From positions 434,001 through 498,000 of the forward strand of contig NW_019091361.1 in NCBI RefSeq assembly GCF_001949145.1: DNA of 64,000 nt, in the 5' to 3' direction. Source of the stretch: Acanthaster planci (lineage: Eukaryota). A program made the position numbers and the translations under genes. The notes under the pieces were generated by a model that saw only the letters and a program-made list of their open reading frames with translations, had not been told where the DNA came from and did not search any database. Positions 45,867 to 58,000 of this stretch are shown piece after piece. Each line of letters begins with the position of its first letter. Within the stretch, counting starts at the first letter, position 1.

Positions 45867-48800
45867 TTCTAAGGAGAGTCTGACAGTCAAACAGAAGGCA
45901 GAAGAATCTGTTGCATTCTGTCGTCATAGTCATACACAAAAGTTATTTGAAGGAATTTTACACGATTCTTCTTCCAGGTTTGCCATGAGAATGGAGAGCC
46001 TTCAATATATGAAGTCCAAGCAATTGCCAAACAGTGTATTTCCTGTTATATGTATAAACAATTTCCAGTTTAAAATTTCCAGAATTCTCTGTGGCTATAG
46101 TTTTGTGGTTTTTTTGCACATTTTTGAGCGGCAAATCAGCAAGCATAGTTGTAATGCTAGTATCAGTCCGAGTATCATGTGGTTCGTCTTGTGTAGTAAC
46201 ATTTCTTTGACCATGGTGCAGTTGTTATTGATTGACATTTTATATGCCCTTTGGCTTGGTGAATAGTACTTTGTATGTACTTGAATTTTTCCCAATTTAG
46301 GAGATTTATTATTATCAATTCTTTCTTTACTTATGTGAGTGGCTTGAATGTCATTCATAAACAGCATTTTCCTAGACCCAGCTCCATACTTGTAGAAATA
46401 AAGTTCTGCCAAAATATACCCTTTTCTCAGTCTCTCTTTTTTATCCAAACAAATGACCAGCCTGGTGAAAGATGGACTCATTTGCTTTTCAGCATGTACA
46501 GTCCCTTCCACTGGATGCCAAGTTTATTCTTATGGCACATAAATCAACATTAACTTGAAAAAAGCCTGTAGTGTGAGGTGAATACACTTGAAGGCCCTCT
46601 CATTATTAATTGTTACATTTTGACTGACTCTGTAAATTGCATCATTAAATTGCTGTTCGGTTATCTCAGTGATAATGATTTTACTCAGATATGGGGAGAA
46701 GGAAATATGCATTCATTGGCATGTGATAATGTAATTGGTACAGTGGCACATTTCTGCAGATAGCACAGAGTGTGAACTACAAAGAAAACAGTAATATCCC
46801 TACAGTTTATCAGTGGCTTTGTACAGAAAATCAGCAACATCTTTTCTAAGACTGTAATCATTTTTATTTCTGTGAATGTTTTGTTGGAAGCATAAAATGC
46901 AAATGATTATTTTGTACCCTACTCAAAAATGTATATACAGAAGATAATGTTTACCTTTCGTTTGGTACTCTTTGCAGTGAGGTACTTGACTTGAAGCAAC
47001 AAGTTAATAAACTCCTTGAAGAGAGAGTATGTAGAGTGTTACATCTACCAGCAATTGGTGGTTTTAAATTTGTTTCTGATCATCAATTTGTTTCTGATCA
47101 TCATTTCAAACACAATTCAAATTGTGATTACTGAAGTGAACATGACCGTGTGACATGAAGAGGAACAACATTGTAACACAGTGAATATTTTCGGCAGTGG
47201 TTCTAGAGGAATCTGCTACTGAGCTCCTTTGCTATAGTTAAAGAAAGACTGTGATTGGACGTTTGAATTGTACATTTACTTTTTGGTAAGTTACATTTAT
47301 AATGAACCATGCATTTCAGCTTTGAATACCTTCATGGATCAAGGATTGAAATTCCCTTGTGAATGAAATATATCTTTGCGATTGTTCAAAGATTTTTATT
47401 TTCTCTGACAGGTAACTGGAATGGTCAAAGCTCAGTTTGTCAAACATTTATATTAGCTTTGCTGTTTATTTTCAACGCCTTTTTGACTGTTTTACCACTT
47501 ACCTATGAGATTTGAATACACTGAATGTAAACTACAGGAAAGCTGAACTGTCCATGTGTATAAAGTCAAACTTTTTTCTTTCAGTGCAGTCTAATTTAAT
47601 GTTCAATCTGTATAAAGAGTTTTAACTAACAGACATTTGGTTTCAATTCTTTGTCTACAGACACTAAGAAAATATTTCATCAAGTTCAGTTTAAAATGTT
47701 TATGTAAACATGTGTGGTTGAACTTCCTGACAGCAGTTATTTAATAATTTGTTGTGCTACAAGAGACCACACTGTTAACAGTTCCAAATAAAACATTCAA
47801 CTTTAAGCCCTCAATGTCTGTAACGGATAAAGAATTATTTTATTAGTTCTGAAATCATTAGTATATTTTAACATAATTATCTGTGAAAGCCATTTACCGT
47901 ACTGACTTAATATACTTGATATTGTTTGTATAGTGATATTTGTAGTGGCGTAATATACACACAATTCATGCATAGCTTGGATGATAATGTCAGAAATGCT
48001 TCTGCAAATGCTGTGGTCATATTGTATTATTGTGTCATCATTATGCAAATTTTAGGGAAAATAAACATACATTCCAGAGGATGCTTTATTACAACTATAG
48101 AAGTTTAGATGTTCAAAATTGGAATTCATTGTGTTCTCCTAAAAAAATGGAATGGTGCTAAGTCAATCATTGTTGCTATTGCTGTGGAAATTTAATGGGC
48201 GGGAAATGCAGTTGAGCTGTTTGCACTGACTTTGTGAAGCAGCTGTAAAGAAACTTGTTAGACGATTGTCAGAGATTAATTTGCATAGATTTTTTCCATG
48301 TTTGGGTCTTGAGAGGAGACTTTAAGATAATTTTCTTTGTTCCTATGAACTTTGAGAGACGAACTCTTGAAAATCATTTTGCCTTTTCTAGTTTTCAATA
48401 GAATAGACAAGTTGGAGTTCTAATAAAGTTGTGCGTATTATTCGTAAATTCTTTGTTTTCCTTATGGAGTTTGGACTAGTAACCTTTGATTATAAAGAAC
48501 CTTAGTGGTAGTCAGCAGGACAGTACTCTGCATATCGCTGACTTGAAGATAGTGCTCCACTCCTAAAGCTTCTTACCCCCTCCCTAAAGCTGATCATCCT
48601 GCAATGCGGAACGGCGGAATCGGGACTTTGGGTTTTCATAATTTAGGCCTATTGCTGACTTTTAGCTTTTCCCCCAGGCCCAAGCATTGTAAAGTTGGGA
48701 TCCTTACTGCTTATGACGTCCCTAACTCAGGAAAACCTTTGTGAAAAGTAAATAAATAACTGCATTCGTTCCAAGGGTTACTTCAGGATAATTAATCTTT

Positions 48801-49087
48801 TGAGGTGCGGCAAGGATCGAGCAGTTGCGAGACAGCCCCCCCCCGGCCCCAGTACTTCACCCGTTCTTCATAAATTACATATAGTGTATAGTGCCCTCTG
48901 GTGACATTACGTACACAGTACAAAATCGCATGTACTTTGTACGCACGTACGTACGTACGCGAACCATAAACATGTCCTGACTCGATTGCATGCATTACTA
49001 GTCTTGTGTGGACATGGTCAGCGTCACATGTTCATGCGGTAATCGCTCAAAACATCGCGGGGATCAACCGCGGATACGCGACCCCCG

Positions 49088-52000
49088 ATGCCCCGTAACA
49101 AGCCTGGTGGAGAACGAGCCCGTAGTCCCAACGGTCTCAAGCGAACAAAAAAACCAGAACAACGAGAATCCCCCCATCGGAGGAACCTCCGTTTTGCCAG
49201 CTACCCGCTCCTCTTCATCTTTGGCCTGCTTCGATTCATCGTCTTCCAGGTTTGGGTGCTTCTCTCGCACGCATTTTGGCGAGTAACAGACATAAAACAC
49301 AAGTACGCGGTGGGCCGTTCAGCAGCGAGCGCTTCCGTGGAGACGACGGTGAATGGGACGCAGTTGACGGGGGTAACTATTGCCTCAAACACCGACGGTA
49401 AAACTGGTCATTCTAGCCCATCTGGAATGATGAATGACACAGCTTGTCAAGAAGCTGATTTGTTAGCGAAACAAAAACAGCATCACAAGAAGGCCTTTGA
49501 ATATCTTTCCAAAGCGCTGAAAATTGACGAGGAGGAAGGAGGTAGGCCTAGGCATAATTTATTTTCATAAAAATCCGATTTTTTTTTACCTAGGCTAATA
49601 TGGACATGGTTTTTCATGGCTACGCGATTAATGTTGAATGCATGTGGGAGAGCAAACTATGTGGGACAGGTTGGAATAAAAACAACGAAAAATATTTGCA
49701 CCGAGTTAATACTTTTGCTATTCTGTAAAGCCAGATTTCTTTGCATTTGTTGTAATGTGAAATACAAACCCAAATGCCATACTACTCATGAAATATGTAA
49801 ATAGGTCAGTCACATAGGGCCTATGTGCATTACCGCTGGTTGACAAAGTTGCTTAAATCTGTGATGTAACAATACAATCTCCATGAATACTTATAGAGTT
49901 TGGCATGAGTACATAATTTAAAGACAAAGAATTGTTACTTTCCAAACTCAGAACATTGGCAACTTTATTTAGTTTTCGAGTTCCCCTACTCCAGCCTGCC
50001 CCATTATGCCCATGCAAGATGTACCGGTAGGAATTTTCACTTTTGAAGTGACTGAATCCTCTTGTAGCTCTGCCATGGGGATTGTGACAATCACCAACAG
50101 ACAGCATGCACAGACATTGCCTGTGCATGGTTACATATACCGGTACATGACGTATCCCTTCCCCACCGACCTACCTGGTACATTGTATGTGCCTTCAAGT
50201 ACAGTACAGTATATCTACCGTAGTCATTCAAAGGATGGAAGGGAAAAGTGTGTCACAAAATACACTGGTTCTGAGAATATTTCATATTTAATTGACCACT
50301 GGTAAGATGTTTAAAAATGGTACTTTAAGTAGGACTTTAAAAGTGGGACCACCTTGACATGTGGACCAGTACCCCCAAAACTGTGGGGTTCGTCGTGCTG
50401 GGTGTGCGGTGGATGACAAAGCCCACAGTTAATGAGTTATGGGGTAATGACCTAGTGCTGGTTAGGATTTTCAACTCCGAACATACTTGTACATGGAGGG
50501 TTGGGGATTCAAGTCCAGCAGATGGTCACATGTAACATGGAGAAAGAAAAACGGCATGTCACAACTGTGGTGGGCAAGGCACTTTACTCCCACTGCCCTC
50601 TCATCACCCCTCTCAACGAGGACATAGATACCTGTGGGAGCAGAGATGTTTACGGTGGTTGATCAGTGAATTCTGAAATGGCTTGAAGCATAATGGGCTG
50701 GTAGTTGTATTCCTTAGGAGCTGAGAAGGTTTCAGGAATGTGCTGGGATGATGTCGGTGCACTGAGACTTGAATTGAAATGTGCTGTAGAAAAACAGTAC
50801 AAACAATAAGAGACCTAAAACATAATGACATAACACAGTGTTTACCAAAGATCGTATAGTGCCGCGAAGCAGCGCAAGATGGCAAACTTCACCGCAAATA
50901 CACGTAAAACGTTGTAATCACATAGGCTCCATTTGAGCAAGCGATACGCCTGCGCAATGCACATTAATGCACAGGTGCAGGTGCCGCGGTAGGCACGTGC
51001 ACCTGGTGAGCCTGCGCCCAAGCATTACCGTAAACTGCGCAGGCGTATCTCTTGCTCAAATGGCGCCCATGGTAATTACATCTTTTGGGCAGAGTTATCC
51101 ATCTTGTGCCTTCGGCGCTGTATGATCTTTGGTGTTTACTGCAGTGCATTGGGCATGAAAAGTGGGGAAAGAAATCAAAGATGGCAGATAAAGCCATCAG
51201 TCATACGAGCCCTCACGTAACTTCACATGGAGCAAAGTTGCGGTCTCGTGGAAGCTTGAAAAAATGCAGCTCTGGCATTCGTTGTGTGCTTGATACACAC
51301 AATGGCACACCCAAGTTAACACAAACCATTTTGGAAAATCTGTAGGCCGTCTCCATCTCAGGATCCTTTCGACAGTTTTCCATGCACATGATATTCTAGC
51401 AGTAGCCTGAGTACTTGGGTCCCCACCTTTCACCCACAATGCACCACTGTAAACATTGCATAATGTCATTGTGTTTTAGGTCAATTGTACTGTGTAATGT
51501 TCATACATTTTAAGATTGATAAAGAGTGGCACAGGTTGGGAGTTCACCAGTATTAGTGCGTAAAACTGAGGAGGGGGGTACAGTTACATGTACTGTTATT
51601 TGTGTAAACCGGAAAGTTGGCAAAAGAAATGCACTGTTGGTACGGTATTAACAGCATACATGTACATGTATTTTCAACCTCCCTGTGTATAGTGTACATG
51701 TCGATGTACATGTACAAGCATTTTACACACATGATCTTTGAACACCAGTCTAAGGTTTTCAACTTACTGTGCTGGTTATCTTGTAACTCCATTGCAATGT
51801 TACATGTTCCGTATGCATCCAGATTTTGTTGTGCTAAGTGCTTCATCAACTGTCATGTTCTCTAATTTGAGAATTCAAATGTCATGGAAAGATAAATATT
51901 CAAATGTCATGGAAAGATTTACGTTGTACATGTGGCCTACACAGTTCAGATTCACAAATGTTCCAGCCTGCACCTCATGCCTGCACAAGTTGTGATTCTC

Positions 52001-55000
52001 AGTTCAAACCGAAAAACACTTGAGCAACCCGCCACTTTAGAGTAGCTGTCCTGTTTTCAGGTACAGAGCCCGAGGGTGATGCGGCCCTAGACAGAATGCC
52101 AAACACTCAACTAGAAACCCTATTCACTGCATCAAAAAACCTGGCTGATCCTGTCAGACTATTCCTCTCAACTACCGTAGCCCCTGAGAGCCTGTGTCTT
52201 TCCTTATGAATAAAAGAAAACCTTGTCCATTACCTAGTAAGTTCCATTGCTATGATCAGGTCATGCTTAGGGCTCGGTGGCAGTTGTCACAGCATCCCTG
52301 GCAAATGTGCTTACTGAGTAAGAAAAATGTAGTCATGTATACCCTGAACAGATACAGGTCCCTTTAGAATATGAAGGCCATTAAGAACAGAACGTTTCAT
52401 TTTGATACTGGAATTCCTCATGTTCTGTACCTGTGTATGATTTAGAGTTACTGTTTACTTTTTCATGTTCTGGTATCGTATGCTTTCTAAATTTACCCAA
52501 CTTGTCTTGTTTGGTGTTTGTTATTTGTATTAATTGCATTAAACCATGAAGTGTATCAGGTACATGTACGTCTAGGACAACCATGTGCACACCAAATGCA
52601 GAACTTTGATGCAATAATGCTGCATCCCCATGAACCTACATGTATTGGTGGCATTCATGCACAAATGACAACCTTGTTAACTGTGTTGACACATGTCGCA
52701 GCCATGCAATTCCCATTACCCTCATGTAAAAACATTTATTGACAATTAAAGTACATGTACACTTCTGAAGTGGTCCATAACCTTTGGCTCTGTTAGGGTG
52801 GGAAATACTCAGATTGGATTTTACATGTAACTGACTACAGGGCTTATCTAGGACTTACTAGCACATGTTACTTAATTACCTTGAGGTTATTCCCCTTCTA
52901 GAATTTCCAAAACAAGATATGGAGAGATCAATAGAAACACCTGTGACAGGTGCTTTTGCCCAATAGGATGTTTGTATTAATCACAAGCACCTCAACAACT
53001 GATGTTTAGCATCACACTTCTTCACTGAGAGTGCTCATTGACAAAACGTTCTCTGGGGCTGTTTTGGAGAAAATGGATCGCCTACATGTATATTTCAGGT
53101 GTATGCATGAAGAACACAGAAGTTCTGAATTTCCTATTCCAAAGTAGTCAAGATACACTTAACTACTGTTCAGCGTCAGTTCAAGTAAGACCACTTTGAC
53201 CACTCACATGCATGAATAGACACATGGCACATACTGGATGATGCAGTGTGTTTGACTAAATACATGTACATGTACATACACATTTGCAACGTATTAGCAT
53301 TGTTCTGCAAGAAGGGACAAACTGTGCAGAAACCGTTATTTGTAGTGTACCATGAAATATGCAATGTACACGTACATGTAGGCTGCATTTACCGAATTCA
53401 CCCCAAATCTACGTGCCTACATTGTGAAGTTTGCATACAGTAATGCACTACTGCTTCAACACCTGTCCAGTTGTTTCTTAGTGCACTACTGGTTGGAAGG
53501 CTAAGCAGTGTCTTTGTAAGAAGTGTTAAAAAGGATTTGATGAGCAGGATTAATTTGACTACATGTAGATTGCCTCCATCAGGCACAGTGGGTGATGGGC
53601 AGTGTGCCCACGTCAAGGCTGATACGTTTATTCCTGGGAAGAAGGAAACTACTGACAACTGATCATGTTGTGTGGAATCATTTGCTCGCCCTGAACCCGA
53701 TACATGTACAGTAAATATCTGTACTGTACAGACTTGATAGATGGGTCTTGTAGAGAAATTGAACTCCCCAAAACAGTTCTTTCTTTTGCTCCGCCTTCTA
53801 CCAAAAGTCAAAAGAAATCCTACCGTATGCACACTCATCTTAGTTGGTTTCTCGCAACATTATTCAGAGTGAAAGGGATTTCATTTCTTCAAAACTGACC
53901 CAAACAAAAGCAACAGATACGGTACTCTCTTAGGTATTCAAAATAATTTTCTCTACATGTAGTTTCTTTGCCAACTTGCAATAGCTAAAAAAGACAAATT
54001 TCTATGTATCATAATTTTTAAGGTTTATTTCATTTTTTATTTAGGCCTATTTATTTTGTTACATCTTTTCCCCGTTTTATTTTTGTTTTTAAGTTTCCAT
54101 GCATGTGCCTTTCTGCTATACTGGTAGCATGAATTTAAGCCACCTACAGCTGGCGGGCACATCATCTCTCTCAGTCACTAATGGTGCCTTACTGAGTATC
54201 ATATTCAAGTAATCTCTGAAGTGAACCCCTCAGCCCCCTGACCACACTCTAGTGTGTACATTCACCTGTAGGCTGTAGCACGTTGTGCAAGATGTTTTGC
54301 CAATATGCCACTAGACCCAGGGCCTTTCACCCTGCTTATTGCAAGCACATGAGGGAGCATTAAATTGATCGTCAAGCCAATGTTGCATTTGGGATGCAAT
54401 CCCAAAGCACTTAATCTGCTGGAACTGGAATGTCTACTTTAGGACAAGTACAGTAGAAGGGACACATTGGAGCTGTCAGAGCCTACATGTACATTCTGTA
54501 GGGCCATTCCCAGTAAATCGGCGCTAATGGAAAAAGGAAAATCTGAAATTTCAACTTCTCGTTACAAGTTTGGAGTTTAATGCCAAACAAATGTTAACAC
54601 TTTCTGAAACATTTCTGCGAAGTATGAACATTTAACACATCTCACTTCAGTTTTTTCAAACACATGTATACCTGGTGACAGTTTCCCTAAAGTACCGGTA
54701 CATGTAACTTACGTTACCTATCGTTTCTTTTGTCTTCATCTGCTTAAAATTGCTACACAGTTCTTTGCACAAATACAATATTTATTCTGAATGTGTTAAG
54801 GACCGGCAACGGGAGTTAAGAATATTACTGTCAAAATTATGACTTACATTTGGGAAAAAACTTAATGGATAGCACAAGTAAAATAAACCACAGAAGTGCT
54901 CATCCAAAGAGAAACGACGTCAGTTTTAAACACAATTGTAAATATTCATTTTCTTAAAACTCTTCTGACATTTTTGAACGCCTACTGTTGTAAACACTTC

Positions 55001-58000
55001 AGTTAAAGCAGTAAAAATAACTTTTCGTGAGAGGAGTTAATTAAAAAATCCGGTCAAACTGTGGTATCGTATGTTTCAACTTTGGTAACGTATGTTTCCT
55101 TTTAATTACATTTGACATATGACTGGCAGATATCTATTTGGTAAAAATACTTTGCTAGACTATCGTTGATTTGACAAAGACTTGCGTTCAAATGTGCAAA
55201 ACAGACTAATTGCAAGTTAGCTACCAAAAGCGTTAGTTACAAAACCCTTTGCTTCTAGAATCACTAGCACTCAGGATTCATGAATGAAAACTTATACTAT
55301 CATTACATTTTTTTTTATAGATCTACAAATCTACAAGTAGAAGAAGTTTTAAAAAGAAAGAAGAACACATTCATAATAAACATGCATATTTTATCTGTGT
55401 ATGAAACTGGTTACGTACATGTATGTTTCAATTCAGTTTGTCTGTGTTTCTGTTTTTCTGTATTATTGTGGCCAAAGTTTGCTTCGATCTCCGACTTGTC
55501 CTCGTCATTTAATCAAAACCAACGTTTTGATGTTACTGTATGTTTAGGTTCACTTACATGTGGTGTAGAATCTTGCCTCTAGGGATCCAGCGGTCATCTG
55601 ATGATACAGGCCATTTGAAGAACTGGGAAAACTTGTCACTGTGCTTCATAAAGTTAACGAAAACGTCTTCATCATCAGATTCCAATACCTGTCCAGTGTA
55701 CCACTTCTCGTTGTACACCGCTGCAACCTAATCATCTGTATTGTAGAGGATTTACTCCGCGGTTTCTGGTTTGTTCTGGTTTAGTTTGGGCATGGTTGGG
55801 CGTGTCTGCAGTATTTTGAGGGATCTATTCTGGAAGGTCCCGGAGTTTCCAACCACTACTCATTGCATCTCTATCATGATCATTGTTAATGATGTAACAC
55901 ATGCTGCAGTAGCAAGAGTCATTCCTCATCAGTAAATGACCGTCAATTCCAACTACAGAGTGCGTGGTAAGGGTGCCCGGAAATGTCTTCACGTTGGACC
56001 AGTTATCGGTGATTACCTTTCCACTGGCAATGCAATCATCCTTTGTGATGAAGATGAGTGTGCCCTGAAATGTCTTCACGTTGGACCAGTTATCGGCGAT
56101 TACCTGTCCACTGGCAATGCAATCATCCTTTGTGATGAAGATGAGTGTGCCCTGAAATGTCTTCACGTTGGACCAGTTATCGGCGATTACCTGTCCACTG
56201 GCAATGCAATCATCCTTTGTGATGAAGGTGTACTGTGTTTTTTGTTGCCTTCCTTTCCATGGCGCTCCTGGCAAGCCCAAGCGAATGTAACAAGTAGAGA
56301 AACATACAACTTATGTACAAATTTCAAGCGAAAAATGTTTGCTTATGATAAAAACAACCTTTCTGCATGTGTGTGTACTAGTAACCTACATGTTACGACC
56401 TGTTTCTGGACAGTTTATTATCAGTTTAATACACAGACAGATATCTTAAGGTATGATAGAGTCGTGTTTGTCTAAGGACTATATTTTGACAAACTGTAGA
56501 ACCAGAATCATCAAAGATTATTTAAACGATTCTATATACAAAGATCACTTTAATAACAATTTAGTAACTTACGTTACCACCGATAAGTTTGATTGAAAAC
56601 AGAGCTTTTATATGAACTACTGTAACAGTAAACCAACAAGTTTTAAATCATATTGCTACATTTCTATATTTTACTGAAAGATTTATGACTTTGCCAAAAC
56701 CAGACCTGGATATACATGTATACTACAATAGTTTTCTGTGGAAGGTGAAGGAAGAAATATTTTATTATTTCTGAAACTTACGTTACTTGTTGATGCTCGT
56801 AAAATCACTAGTATTTAACAGAAATGATAACAATTAAGTGGATAATTCATATTAACTCCAAAGAAGAGAACCTATGACTTCCTTTGCAAAGATTTTAATG
56901 AATATTATACTTACATTCTGACAAAATATCATGAGAACTGACCTAAGTTGAAGTTCCTTTTTACTTCAGACCATCTGCATTTTACTGCAGAGACGCCATT
57001 TTATCAATGAAACCGGTTGCTATGGTGTCTCTGACACCTGATGGCGCTATTGTTTTATTAAATTTAAAACCTACGATCATCATTCAAAAGAAATGATAAC
57101 TAAAACAAATCATGGTAACGTACATGTACGTTTCATCACGTAAGTTTCACAAAGGACTTTGGGCGGAGAGAGACCTGAAAGACAATTGTATTACACTAGC
57201 AACGTGCTGTAATTTACAAGTAGGAATACTACATGTAGGCTTACATTTAGGCCACATTGTACATATGCATGCGCCCAACTCATGTCGGTTACTAAAATGT
57301 GGTAATGTGTGTTTAACGCCATAAAACCACTTATTTAAAAGCGACAAGAGAAGACTCCGTTACGGAAAACATGCTTTCCTCTTGAGTTTCACGATTTGAG
57401 GGATGAACACTCTATGTATTAATCTCTCGATTCACCGAATACAACTTGATTACGTTTGAATAATATTTCAGAGCTAAGGGGTGTATGTGTGATTCTGTCG
57501 ATAACGTAGAATACAAGTGGACTTTGCGACACACTTCATGTCATAACAGTTATTTTTTTTTAAGTGAAATCTTCGTAATTGTTAAAATACAAATTTCTCT
57601 TTATATACACTGTACATTTACTTACATGTACCGGTATATAAGCTGTCTTGACCCATTAAAAGGACACATGTTGTTTGCAATACTTTCATTCAGGGAAACT
57701 GCACATTGTGAGGTGAGGCACATGCTCCGGTAACCGGGAAAAATGGTACACTATGGGAGAACCTGCAAAACAACAAAAATCTCCAACTAAACCAAGGATC
57801 TTTTGAAAGGGAAAGGTCGCAGGAAACTGAATTAATAAGAGACTCGGACACCAATATTTGATTTGATGGAAAAGGACACGAAAGATTTTATGAATGAAAG
57901 AGTACAGGGGAAAAAATGCACAAAACCAAAAGGAATAAAGGACTAAAAAAGCTAACCCAGTGTCAAAATAGATCTAATGAGGAGATTTTGGCTTTTGATC

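Noticed and set aside
45867..47800. Long 3-prime UTR ending at AATAAA near 47787
   Set aside because: Plausible, but AATAAA is common in this AT-rich DNA and cannot be supported without transcript data.
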